Shown piece after piece: positions 35,013 through 47,196 of a stretch of DNA of 64,000 nt. Origin of the DNA: Carcharhinus longimanus (Eukaryota); NCBI GenBank assembly GCA_030264375.1, contig JASCQW010000001.1, forward strand, positions 159,314,299 through 159,378,298. Direction: 5' to 3'. The position numbers were made by a program, and so were the translations under genes. Every line of letters begins with the position of its first letter. The stretch's first letter is position 1. The notes beneath the pieces are model-generated. The model did not search any database. It had not been told where the DNA came from and saw only the letters and a list, made by a program, of their open reading frames with translations.

Positions 35013-36210
35013 NNNNNNNNNNNNNNNNNNNNNNNNNNNNNNNNNNNNNNNNNNNNNNNNNNNNNNNNNNNNNNNNNNNNNNNNNNNNNNNNNNNNNNNN
35101 NNNNNNNNNNNNNNNNNNNNNNNNNATTCCGCATCCTTTGTTTCCCTAAGGGAATTAAGAACAAATCATGTGATGTGGGGCTAGGGTCACATGACAGCTA
35201 AATCAGGTAGGGGTGGCAGATTGCTTTCCTGTAGGATATTAGTGAACCATGTGGGTTTTTACTGCAATTTTGGCACTTAAGTGGTCACTTTCTGGTGCTA
35301 ACCCACAAATAGCAATCTACTGGACTGTCGTCAGTGTATTGCTTCACCAGGCTAGAAGAGGGCACTGGTCTCATGTCAATCTTGGCATTTAAAGAGTTAA
35401 CCACGTCCCTGTTGTTTCCCTGACTCTCACATATTTGAAGTTGTATCCTTGCTTTAACTCTTGCCTGTTCAACTTGTAATGATTCACGGTTCCTACAATA
35501 AATCGGATCCTTGCTTACCCTTGCAATCTCCTTCTATGACATTCCCTTTGTGGCTTTGCTCTGCAGGATGCCAACCCCTAACTGCAGAATGTGATGGTGA
35601 CAAACGGATACTGTTGCAAACATGCCGACTTTCTTTGATTCCTACAGTCCCCCACCTTGGTTTATTCTTCATTCCTCTTGAACGCATCCTTGGCTTTTAT
35701 TGATTAAGCTAGCACTAAGCTAGAGGCCCGGGGTGATTTATAATGCCACAGAAAATAGTCATTCCCTCTTCCATCAGTCACCATTGTGCTTGTTTCGAGT
35801 ACAGTCACAGAGCCTTAGCTAAGCTGCTGTTTAGATGTAACAGAGCAGACATCATCATTTATCTTGCCATCAATATCTAACAGCTATTGTACTTGTTTCC
35901 ATTTCTGTCTGTGCCTTTTACTGTGGTTTTATATTCCCTGTGGGTCTTTACTGCGACAGCTACTCACTTTATGTTACCAGTTACTGACCGTGCAGTAAAC
36001 TTTCCCCCCAACTCCCTTCCTTCCAAATAACACTGATAACAGGAGTGTTACAAAACTGATAGCAGAAGTGTTCATTCGCCTCCTCTATTGAAGTGACTGA
36101 TTTTTGAAGCTGTGATATTTTACAGGTTGCGAAGAGGGTTATCCGTCTGGACTGCTACATAAAATCTTAACTTCCTGAAATGAATTTGCCATTGGATTTT
36201 CTCCATCATC

Positions 36211-36527
36211 TGTGGCACAGTGGTTAGCACTGCTGCCTCACAGCGCCAGTGACCCCGGTTCAATTCTGGCCTTGGGTGACTGTGCACATTCTCCCTGTGT
36301 CTGTGTGAGTTTCCTCCTGGTTGCTCCAATTTCCTCCCATAGTCCAAAGATGTGCAGATTAGGTGGATTGGCCCTTAGTTTTCAAAGATGTGTAGGTTAG
36401 GGGGATCAGCCATGGCAAATGTGTGGCGTTAAGCATCAGGGTAGCGGGCGGACATGATAAGACACTTTGTCAGAGAGTCAGTGCAGACCAATGGTCTCCT
36501 TCTGCACTGTAGGGATTGTATGATTCC
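36211..36527 (+). mobile_element. HE1-type V-SINE
   Basis: Head, V-domain and tail. Confidence 0.85.
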
Positions 36528-37686
36528 TGCCCTAAAGGCATTTAGTCTGTGCTTGGGCCGTTCTTCTGCATGCATAAGGGACACCCTCCAGTGCCCCATC
36601 CAGGAGGCAATTAGGATTGTGCATGTGGCAGGCTACTGAGCTGTGGGAAGATGGTGTGCCCAGTCACTAAGACTCACTATCCAGGGGGATGTGGGTGAGT
36701 GAGCAGGAATGGAATCCCTATCAATCTTACTATGCAGCAACGCGACACTGGGGCCAATTGTCGAGCTCCTAGGCAAGTACTGGCAGCAGACACAGCACAG
36801 ACTGAGGTTTGAGTGCATGACCTTATTGGATAAAGTCATTGGGGATTAATTTTACCTTTTGGAATGGAAGGACAAACTGGGCCCGAGTCCAGTGTCCAGC
36901 CAACTTGGTATATCAAACTTACAAACTAAAATCACCCACCAAGCAGTCATGAGGTGAACACAAAGTCAATTCACTCATATGCGATGTGCCACCAGGAAAC
37001 AGTGAGGTGAGGTCTCAGGTAATGTTTTTTCTGAGTTACATATTGCCTGACTTTCTTTTAATTCTGCCTCTAACTACACTGGGTTTGTTGTTAATTAGTG
37101 AAGCCATCTCTCAGTCATCTTTCTTTTATCCCTGATCCTTTTGAACATCTCTGCCAGCCGTCACCTCCTGAGAACGCTTGCTGATTTGTAGCAGAAAAAT
37201 GTCATCTTTCTCCTTGTCATCTTTCTGTGACCCTTCTGAATCCAGCAGTCCTTATTACCGAACAGGATTATCTTTCATCCCTTGATATGCCGCATCCGTC
37301 TACAATCCTCATTATTGAACATTATTGTCCCAGAGCCTTCATTTGTGACTTGCAATCCCTTGGTGTACCTTCCTGGTGCCTTGCCCCTTTCTAATGGACA
37401 TGTTCATCCACACCCCCTCCCCCACTATCTCCCTTTCGCCTCTGAACCTGCTTTCCTGAGCGAGAAATGTGAGACTAAGCACTCTGCTATATGTCCTGCC
37501 ATTGGCTGCATGTGGCGGGCGGGCAGGCTCACTGGCTTTAGCCTGTCTGCTTTTCGCTCTCTTGTGTCTGAGTGAAGGTAGAAATTTGGGACTGAGGCGA
37601 AACAGCAAAAGCAGCAATTAAACAACAAAACGAGCAGCAGCAGAAACAACAGCAGGAATGAACAGTGTGACAAAGCATGCTTCAAT

Positions 37687-37715
37687 TCAGGGGGAGACAG
37701 AAGAAGTGGACGTAC
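37687..37715 (-). CDS. NRG1: beta3-type read-through tail STSTSSVSP* (secreted isoform)
   Basis: Reading through the beta donor gives AGT ACG TCC ACT TCT TCT GTC TCC CCC TGA. It starts STST like human beta3 (STSTPFLSLPE). Confidence 0.6.
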
Positions 37716-37774
37716 TGTAAAAACTGGCCATTACGTAGTTTTGGCAGCGATCACCAGTAAATTCATTTGGACAC
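37716..37774 (-). CDS. NRG1: EGF beta exon: CPNEFTGDRCQNYVMASFY
   Basis: ttgtcttgtcag|GTGTCCA...TTTTACA|gtacgt; 59 bp, phase 2-1. Peptide identical to recalled NRG1 beta. Confidence 0.97.
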
Positions 37775-38574
37775 CTGACAAGACAAATAAAATGAGAGAG
37801 AAAGAGAGGAGAGAGAAGATAAGTAACTGTCAGGATAGAGTCACCTTCAGCACCAGGCCTCATCACCTTGGTGTGGTCACTGTTTAATCCTTTTTTAACC
37901 TGGAAATCGTCATCTCTGCAACACTCAATAATTGCTGGCTTACGACAGCAAGAGAAAAAAAATTGTCATTCTGCATTTACCAGCCATGAAAATTCACCTC
38001 CTTCAATTGTGTCTGGAGTTGTATAGCCGAACCGAATTAAAGTGAGACAGTGCGCACTTACAAATTTAGATAAAGCAAAGTTTAATCCTCAATTCTGTAA
38101 TTTGGGAATGCCAGATTTCTACCAATTTACTGGCACTGTCAGCCGAGTCCCATTTTCCAAATGGTCACTTGTGTGTACAAGAGGAGATTGCTTATGTTCT
38201 ACTCCCTCGGAAAAGATGCTGTACAGTTCCTGTTTTAAATATTTTGGGACCATCAAACTCTGCTGGCGGGGAATGAAAAGGAGGGAGAGGATTTTAATAG
38301 CTGTAAACACACACTGCAGTGGTGAGGTACTGAATCTGTACTGTGCTGTTTCTCTCAGTGGAAATACAAAAAAAAGCAATAAGAACAGCAAACAGTACAA
38401 AGATTACTGAGGGCCTGGTTACACCATCAGAAGCTGCCCAGATCAAAGAAAAGAAATAGGCATTTTAAAAGTAGCTTTCTCTCTGAGTAGTGACAACACC
38501 AAGGGCTGTTTCTTTAGAGCTGCAGAGGGAAAGAGAGAAAAATAAAACACAGACATGATTATATCTTCACATAC

Positions 38575-38642
38575 GTTCAGGTATAAAGACCCTCATGGGT
38601 ACAGTCTCTGTACATCTCTCTCCGGTGAATCCGGGATCACAC
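38575..38642 (-). CDS. NRG1: EGF alpha exon: CDPGFTGERCTETVPMRVFIPE
   Basis: tttttaccctccag|GTGTGAT...CCTGAAC|gtatgt; 68 bp, phase 2-1. Resembles human NRG1 alpha CQPGFTGARCTENVPMKV (recalled). Confidence 0.93.
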
Positions 38643-38834
38643 CTGGAGGGTAAAAATGGCACATAAACAAGCAGAACAAATGATCTCAAACGGTCTAGGC
38701 ATGACGCATGCGTTGAAAATCACGGGTGAATTCACGTCGGAGGGGGGGGCTGACTGTTACAATCCGGCAGGTTTGGCTGCCTGCATTTAATGGCCAGTTA
38801 CCATTCCCCTGGCTGCCTTCTCCACTGAAGGTGG

Positions 38835-38957
38835 TGGTCGGAACTTTACCGCCCCGCCTGCCACAGAATCGGAGCGGGCGGACAACAGGAAGGTCCGTTG
38901 ACCTCGGGTGGGACTTTACGGGTTTTGGGACGAGCAAGGCTGTTAAAATCCTGCCCC
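38835..38957. mobile_element. MITE-like element about 190 bp upstream of the alpha exon
   Basis: GGTCGGAACTTTAC ... TTAAAATCCTGCCC; inverted homologue of 2289-2408. Confidence 0.65.
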
Positions 38958-39447
38958 AGTAACTTTTGCAGGGTTATTTATACGTTCGCACGTGACAGGA
39001 CAAGAAAATTGCCACTTTGCATAAGTTCATGTCTCTAGCATGCGACTTCAGGTTAATAATAACAACAGCCATTCTACATTCAACCCTTTTCAAATTTATA
39101 GGCATAAATGACACAGTGAATATAAGTGTATGTAATGGATGATTACCTGGTTTTGTTGTTTTTAATTTCCCTTGTAATGTATCAAGGCCCAAAGACTTAA
39201 TTCAAATTTAGAATATTTTCACAAAGAGTGGAACATTGTTTGCAAAGTTACAACAAGGGGCATCCCATTGCGTTCCTGCTATTTTGCACATTATTTACAA
39301 CTGGAGGAAGTCTATCACTCTGTTTCTAACTGTCTTCACAACAACTACAGCCTAATTTATTAGTTTGCAAGCCATGAAATCAAAAAGCAAAAAGTTGCCA
39401 ATCTAACACTCGCAAAATGCCCAGTAAATTAAGGGAAAAAAAACAGC

Positions 39448-39656
39448 AACCAAAAGGGAAAATGCTGGAAAATCTCAGCAGGCCTGGCAGTATCTAAGGA
39501 GAGAAAAGAGCTGACGTTCTGCCAGACAACATTGACAAAGAATCATCTGGACTTGAAACGTCAGCTCTTTTCTTACAGATGCTGCCAGACCTGCTGAGAT
39601 TTTCCAGCTTTTTCTCTTTTGGTTTCAGATTCCAGCATCCGCAGTAATTTGCTTTA
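39448..39656. mobile_element. Palindromic Penelope-like terminal remnant
   Basis: Inverted arms AAATGCTGGAAAATCTCAGCAGG...GAGCTGACGTT and AACGTCAGCTC...CCTGCTGAGATTTTCCAGC. Single-arm copies at 52255-52350 and 59628-59725. Confidence 0.7.
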
Positions 39657-39871
39657 GAAAAAAAAGCAGCAGATTGCTTAGTGTGAATCAGACACTTTGA
39701 GATAGGGAGTCTGAAGATCAGTGATCTGCTAACCCAAACACCTTTCTCTATATATATTTAAGAAAACATGGCCTCAGGGAATTTAAATCATTAAGTGATA
39801 TTTGGAATATCGTTTTGCCAAGTCTCTGACATTGCTTAGCCAACTTGTTTCATTTAATTTTCCTTTTCTTT

Positions 39872-40032
39872 GGGCGGCATGGTGGCACAGTGGTTAGCAC
39901 AGCTGCCTCACAGTGCCAGGGACACGGGTTCAATCCCTGGCTTGGGTCACTGTGCAGAGTTTGCACATTCTCCTCATGTCTGCGTGGGTTTCCTCCGGGT
40001 GCTCCGGTTTCCTCCCACAGTCCAAAGATGTG
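39872..40032 (+). mobile_element. HE1-type V-SINE 5' part, running into a gap
   Basis: Near-consensus head and V-domain. Confidence 0.88.
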
Positions 40033-41865
40033 NNNNNNNNNNNNNNNNNNNNNNNNNNNNNNNNNNNNNNNNNNNNNNNNNNNNNNNNNNNNNNNNNNNN
40101 NNNNNNNNNNNNNNNNNNNNNNNNNNNNNNNNNNNNNNNNNNNNNNNNNNNNNNNNNNNNNNNNNNNNNNNNNNNNNNNNNNNNNNNNNNNNNNNNNNNN
40201 NNNNNNNNNNNNNNNNNNNNNNNNNNNNNNNNNNNNNNNNNNNNNNNNNNNNNNNNNNNNNNNNNNNNNNNNNNNNNNNNNNNNNNNNNNNNNNNNNNNN
40301 NNNNNNNNNNNNNNNNNNNNNNNNNNNNNNNNNNNNNNNNNNNNNNNNNNNNNNNNNNNNNNNNNNNNNNNNNNNNNNNNNNNNNNNNNNNNNNNNNNNN
40401 NNNNNNNNNNNNNNNNNNNNNNNNNNNNNNNNNNNNNNNNNNNNNNNNNNNNNNNNNNNNNNNNNNNNNNNNNNNNNNNNNNNNNNNNNNNNNNNNNNNN
40501 NNNNNNNNNNNNNNNNNNNNNNNNNNNNNNNNNNNNNNNNNNNNNNNNNNNNNNNNNNNNNNNNNNNNNNNNNNNNNNNNNNNNNNNNNNNNNNNNNNNN
40601 NNNNNNNNNNNNNNNNNNNNNNNNNNNNNNNNNNNNNNNNNNNNNNNNNNNNNNNNNNNNNNNNNNNNNNNNNNNNNNNNNNNNNNNNNCACAACTTCCT
40701 GATTCAGGTAGTTTCAACACACTGGAATGACCTTTCTCGACGCTAGCCTCCCCAACAACTGTGGCTGAACCTCTCGCTTGTGCCTTTCTCCTTCAAATTA
40801 ATGACTGGGGGCTGAGTGAGTGCGCTAATCCAATGCTCATTCCTACTTTAGGCCCTCAGACTTTATGCGTGGCGTCTAACTAAACTATTATTAGCCTTCC
40901 ACCAATAAAAAGTGCTCAACTGACCTGACAATGAATGAAACATTTTTCTCAAGCTGACATATCCTACAGGGCACTGTGGTTTTGGGTTGATAACGAATAT
41001 TTAGAACTGCTCTTAACCTCGTTCCACTCAACAATGCGCTTCCTTAAATTGGGATAGGGAAGGGCGGGTTGGACTGCCAACATTGTTACATTTTTGCCCA
41101 TTACTATTGCGATCATGGCCAGTTGCTATGCTTTGTCAATATAACACATTAATTATAACATGGTAAAGCCCAAGCTGATTGATGGAGATGCCTGCGGGCA
41201 TTGCTTCATCGGGACTTTAAGCCAAGCATTACATCTGCATCCTATTTTATTTCAGTCGCTTGTACCAGCAAGGCTAATTGTTGCTGTGCAATGCGCGTAA
41301 AACTGGACGTGCATTGTCTGAGAAAATTATGGAATGGTGCACTTTTAGAATCTGGCTACAGGTCCAATTTCTATTATTTTTGAAATCTGTTTACTATTTC
41401 CATTTCAAATATTCCATTCAGCTGAAAATGGGTTGAATGGCGTCAGTGAATGTGAGGGCCACTTGCCACTGATCCAGTAACCAACCCACCCCCAAACACA
41501 TTCCCTCTCATTCACTGCTCAGTTACACATGGGTTGTACCATTTACTTTTCAATAGCCTCTTTGTTTGTTTTCTCGCAGTTGTGTTGGAACCTCCAATCT
41601 ATTTCATGTAATAACACAGTGACTTCAATGAGTTTTGAAGAAGTCACCGGTGTGATGAGAATTTAAGGGCGAGTGTTGAAGGAAGCTCTGAAATAGAAAG
41701 CAGGACTTAATGTGGGGAAAAGGGCATTGTGAAGACTTCAGACTACAAAGCATGTGACAGGAAAATTATTTTATCCTCACTGTTTATCTTAATTCTTCTA
41801 TAGATAAGTGTGTGCATTGGTGTGCATGTGTGTGTGCATGCGTGTGTGTGTGTGAGTGGCTTCTG

Positions 41866-42175
41866 TTTGATTCATTAGTGTCACAAGTAGGCTTACATCA
41901 ACACTGCAATGAAGTTACTGTGAAAATCCCCCCCCCCCCGTTTCCACACTCCAGCACCTGTTCAGATACACTGAGGGAGAATTTAGCATAGCCAATGCAC
42001 CTGACTAGCACGTCTTTCAGACTGTGGGAGGAAACTGGAGCACGCAGAGGAAACGGACTCAGACATGGGGAAAATGTGCAGACCCCAAACAAAGAGTGAC
42101 CCCCAAGCTGGGAATTGAACCTGGGTCCCTGGTGCTGTGAGGTAGCAGTGCTAACCACTGTGCCATCATGCTGCC
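41866..42175 (-). mobile_element. V-SINE variant with the alternative tail
   Basis: HE1 head and V-domain followed by ...TTCACAGTAACTTCATTGCAGTGTT...GTGACACTAATGAA instead of the CR1-like tail. Confidence 0.8.
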
Positions 42176-42179
42176 CAGT

Positions 42180-42471
42180 ATGTTTGCATGTCTGTGTCTA
42201 TGTATTAATGTGAGTGTTTGTGTATATCTGTGTGTGCGTCCCTGTCTGGTGCATCTGTGTGTATGTGTTTGAGTGTGTACTTGCATGTGTCTCGGGGGTG
42301 TTGTGAGCATGCCTGTGTCTTTATATGTGTGTTTGTGCATCTGCGTGTGTGTGCATGTCTGAGTGTATGTGTGCACATCCCTGTATGTGTGCTTGTCCTC
42401 ATGCATATCTGTGTGCATGTATGTCTGAGTATGTGATGGGGAGTTGTGTGTGTGTGTGTGTGTGTGTGTGT
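42180..42471. repeat. Degenerate (TG)n-rich tract ending in a perfect (TG)n
   Basis: Read directly. Other TG tracts at 7662-7686, 41805-41856 and 45677-45735; (GA)n at 24590-24618. Confidence 0.9.
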
Positions 42472-42799
42472 GGAGCGAGGGGAAGGCAGGGGGATAGTGT
42501 GTATGTGCAGGATGGACAATATACTTTTTACATTAAAAGTAAATAGCAATGCAGATGAAAATCTACAGTCAGAGATGCCACTGTTTTCTTGCCAATCCAT
42601 TCAATATATGCCATCCAATCCGTATTGCTTTTAAATACTGGGAGTCGCTATTACTCCACAGATATGCAATTTACAAACTGCTTTTGCACATAAAACGGCT
42701 GAAAGGCAGGCAAGTTTTTAAGTTAATAAATATTGTTGGAATTAAGTGGCATCAAATGGGCTTCTTTGTGGAGCCAATTAACAGAGAACCTTTCTCTTT

Positions 42800-43020
42800 A
42801 TTCTTTCATGGGCTGTGGGCGTCGCTGACAGGGCCAGCATTTGTTGTTTATCCCCAATTTCCCTTGAACTGAGTGGCTTGTTCAGCCATTTCAGAGGGTA
42901 GTTCAGTGTCAATCACATTGCTGTAGATCTGGACTCAGATGTAAGCTGGACTGGGTAATGACAGCAGATTTCTTTCCCGAAAGGACATTAGTGAACCAGG
43001 TGCTATTTTACAACGATAGT
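42800..43020 (-). mobile_element. SINE family B, 3' half
   Basis: CAGCAGATTTC...AAGGACATTAGTGAACCAG core. Confidence 0.75.
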
Positions 43021-43359
43021 TTGCCACCATCATACAATAGATATAATTGACTTCCCATTAAAGCATTAGCGATTGTACATTAATATTGAAATGGGAAATG
43101 GTCAATCTCTAGCTTGTTTTATAGTTTGTATCAGTTTAAGCCCCATAGTATTGTTGGCTCTTTTAGTCCCAAAATTGGTGGAAACCTTATATTAAACTTG
43201 ATGGAATCGACGGGGTTAGGTGACAAAAAGACCTGGTGATTAAGGAGGGCTGGCAAAGGAGAGGTGTAGTTACCAGTTGCACACAGGCAACCAGTTCAAC
43301 ATTAAATCTGTTGCATTATCTGCAAGGCTGCTCCTCTCATGGCCTCCATCAGAAAGATG

Positions 43360-43740
43360 TAGAAATATAGATACTAGAATCAGGAATCGGCCATTTGGCC
43401 CTTCAAGCCCGCTCTGCCATTCATCTTGATCATGGTTGATCGTCGAATTCAATATCCTGATCCCCCCTTTCCTTCCATATCCCTTGATCCCTTTAGCTCC
43501 AAGTGCTATATTTAGTTTCTTCTTGAAATCACACAAAATTTTGGCCTCAGCTACTTTCTGTGGTAGAGAATTCCACACATTCACCACTCTCTGGGTGAAG
43601 AAATTGCTCCTCATCTCAGTTCTAAAAGGTTTACCCCTTATCCTCAAACTATGATCCCCTGATTCTGGACTCCCTCACCATCAGGGACATTCTTTCTGAA
43701 TCTACCCTGTTAGAATTTTATAAATTTCTCTGAGATCCTG
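43360..43740 (-). mobile_element. CR1 LINE 3' fragment
   Basis: RIRGKPFRTEMRSNFFTQRVVNVWNSLPQK motif. Confidence 0.9.
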
Positions 43741-44264
43741 TGAGGGACGTGCAACACTCTCTTTGTACAGAGGAAGAAGGCACGCTTGGTCTTCAGCACT
43801 CTGAGCAAAAAGAAATCAAGATCTGTCCGGAAACTAACAGGGAGACTACAGTCATGGAATAATTAAGCATTCCCAAAGCAGGTTGAGCTCCTGTCTTTAC
43901 AGACTAGGAATGGGCAATGTGTTAACACAGTGAAGGGTGCTGAAACATTCTATCAGCCCAAAGCATGGCTTCTTCTCTCTGTATAACCCATGTGTTCCTG
44001 AGAGTGGCAGATCCTCACTCCTAAACATGCATGTGTGCACACACAATTCCTTAAATTTCAACATTATCCAAGGGTTAGGTCAGCCTCAGATTGTTTCTAC
44101 AGGAATGGATTGACAGGAGGAGCGAGCCATTCCAATCTCAGTGGCAACAAGAGACCTGGAAGAGCCGGTTTATTTTTATCACTGTGGCTGATCTGGTTTT
44201 GGACTGATAATGTCTACGCTGCAAACTGACTGGGCTACACTGATCAAAATTGTGTCAGGGCTGC

Positions 44265-44885
44265 ACAGACTGGACGCAGGGATGATGTTTTCTCTGGCTG
44301 CGGGGGGAGGGGAGGTGTTGAGAATAAGGGGTCACAGTCTCAGGATACAGGTTGAGAACTGAGATGAGGAACAACTTTTTCAATTTGAGAGTGGTGAACC
44401 TGTGGAATTCTCTGCCACAGAGAGGGGCGGTATGGTGGCATAGCGGTTAGCACTGCTGCCTCACAGCGCCAGGGACCCGGGTTCAATTCCTGGCTTGGGT
44501 CACTGGCACTGTGGAGTTTGCACATTCTCCCTGTGTCTGCATGGGTTTCCTCCCAAAGTCCAAAGATGCGCAGGTTAGATGGATTGGCATGCTAAGTTCT
44601 TCTACAATGTCAGGGAGACTAGCAAGGTAAATATGTGGGTTTACGGGGATAGGGCCTGGGTGGGATTGTGGTCGGTGCAGACTCGATGGGCCAAGTGGCC
44701 TTTTCCTGCGCTGTAGGGATACTATGATTCTATGAATTCACTGAATATATTTAAGAAGGAAATAGATAGGTTTCTAGACATTGAGGGGTATGGGGTGAGT
44801 GTGCAAGTAAGGTTTTGAGATAAAGGATCAACCAGACTTATACTGAATGGCAGAACAGACTCAAAGGGCCAGATAGCCTACACCT
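44265..44885 (+). mobile_element. CR1 3' fragment interrupted by an HE1 SINE (about 44423-44735)
   Basis: CR1 sequence GTGGAATTCTCTGCCACAGAG breaks off and resumes as ATTCACTGAATATATTTAAG after a complete SINE. Confidence 0.85.
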
Positions 44886-46629
44886 ACTAGTAGCAGCTAG
44901 ACTGCATGGAACAGCCATGGAAATAGGGCTTGCTTGGAGTGGAAATTGCTTCTGCTTAAAGATCCATGTACAAGAGATGTCAGCTGCATTGGCTCGGGTT
45001 AATCTGAACACCATTGTATTGACATTGGTCTTTGGTTACATGGCAAAATGGATGGCAGTGAATCAGTAACTCATATTACACTCCACCCAATGTTCTTTCC
45101 CATTACAGCCACCAGGTCCTTACTGCCCATTTTCATCATCTGGGTGTGTCCATTGTACAAAACAACTTGCCACCTGCAGAGGTCTGGTGTCCATCTGAAG
45201 TGGTGGATGGATATAGGTTTAACAGTGTGCTGTTCCTAGCAAAGTTCATCCCTCTGTCACATGGCAGCTTCTTTGCTGCACCAGTCATCCAGCCACCCAT
45301 CTATTCGTATGACTGTACTGAGTCATGGGAATGATGTAAGATACAGGCTTAATGAGCTTTGCACAGATACATGGCATAGTCCTCGTCTGGAGTTCACATG
45401 CACATTATCAGATGTCACTGAACACTGGCCACAATTAGAACTCAAGGTGGCTGCCTGCCCCCTACCCCAGTCCCTTTGAGGTCAATTACAGAGCACCCAA
45501 TTGCTGATGTGTCCAATATCTGCTACCACTAGTCAAATAGTGGAACCATGATCTGATCTGTGCTTTGATGGGAGTGGAGCATAAGGGATGTCAGATTTAA
45601 TTCATAACCAAGACTAGATTTCAATGCATTAATGTCACATCGATTCTTACAGGCATGTTATAGTACTAAACTAATTAGTGTGTGTGAGTGTGTGAGTGTG
45701 TGAGTGTGTGTGTGAGTGTGAGTGTGTGTGTGTGTGGTGTGAAAGTGCATGTAGGTGTGCGTGTATGTAGACGCAAGAATGTGTATATGGTTGGAGAGGG
45801 TTGTTCACAATGGTACCACATATAGCAGGCAGCTGATGGGTATTCTGAGTGGGTCAAGGAAGCACTTAATAAAGCAAGGTTCAAAGCTTCCCTTAAAAAC
45901 CAGAAATAATGACTCCCTATTTCATCGGTTAGTATTATAGTCAAAAATTGTTCAGGACAGTGGCCGGGGAGGGGGAAGCACATTGTACTACAGCAGAGAA
46001 AACACCAATATTTCTCAAGTGGATGCTTTGAATGTAAGCAGTAAGACAATGGGAAGGAGTTCAAAGGACAGCTGTGTGGGCCATGCAGCTTTTGGACAAT
46101 GTATCAGCTAATTAGAACTTGAACAATAAAAGAACCAGTTCAGGCTTGGATTTGACAATTGGGTGAATACGCATTTAAATCTTGAGCCAATGGTGAGGCA
46201 CTGACTCCTACCATCACTATCACTTTACTCCTAAAACAGTATGAACATACTTTCAGCTTAAACCATCCTTGTTTTGAAATTTTATCAAATTGAAATCTAT
46301 ACATAGACTTTAGCGTGACAGTGTGGTGTTGAAAGTGAAAGGGAGAGTTTGTAAGTATTGTTATATAAGTAATATAATGTATGATTCGAGTGGAGGCCGG
46401 ATGCTGTTGTAGTTTGGGTCTTGTTTTTAAAGGGAGGATAATGGTTTTGAAGTACAATATCTGGGAAACCTACGAAGGCCCTATCATATTGATAAACTGG
46501 GGGCTGTGATGACAATCCAGTCACACATTATGGCCGGGTTCCAGTAATAAGTAACATGAGACGTCGCATGTGCTCGGGAGAGAACCTTGGACACCAAAGC
46601 TCTCCCCCATTGAAGATTTTCCTCACTTG

Positions 46630-46892
46630 GTATGCAGGGAAAAGTTTAGAGGAGATGTGCGAGGCGAGTTTTTTTTTTACACAGAGGGTGGTAAATGTCT
46701 GGAATCTGCTGCCTGGGGAGGTGGTGGGAGCAGGAATGATAGCAGCATTTAGACGAATACATGACTAGGGTGGGAATGGAAGAATTTGGACTCCGTAAGT
46801 GCATACAGTTTTAGATTAGGCAGGCATCATGATTGGCGCAGGCTTGGAGGGCCAAAAGGCCTGTTCCTATGCTGTACTGTTCTTTGTTCTTT
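46630..46892 (+). mobile_element. CR1 LINE 3' fragment
   Basis: FFTQRVVNVWNLLPGEVV motif and tail CCTGTTCCTATGCTGTACTGTTCTTTGTTCTTT. Confidence 0.85.
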
Positions 46893-47196
46893 GGGTCTAT
46901 TGTAGAATAACTGTGGAGATTGAGTGCCATAAGCAGTCAACGACTCATTAGTGTTGTGTCATGTGATTGCCTGGATGAATTATTTGGATCTTTAGTTCCA
47001 ATGTTCCAAGCACTCTCGCAATTGGGATGCAAGATCTGGGTTCCAGTAATGTTCTCAGACTGCGGTTCAACATGGATTATTAACAGCTGACCAGCGCCAC
47101 TTGTAACAAAATATGCAGCAATAAAACCTCTTATACAGCGACACAAGAGCAGACATGTGGAAAGAAGAGCATGAAGGAAAGGTTGGATTCACTTAC

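Noticed and set aside
8122-38642. Calling the whole gene NRG2
   Set aside because: The beta, stalk-1, TM and cytoplasmic exons and the ANQDPIAV terminus are NRG1-type; only the common EGF exon is NRG2-like.
42059-42634. His/Thr- and Cys/Val-rich ORFs
   Set aside because: Translations of (TG/CA)n tracts.
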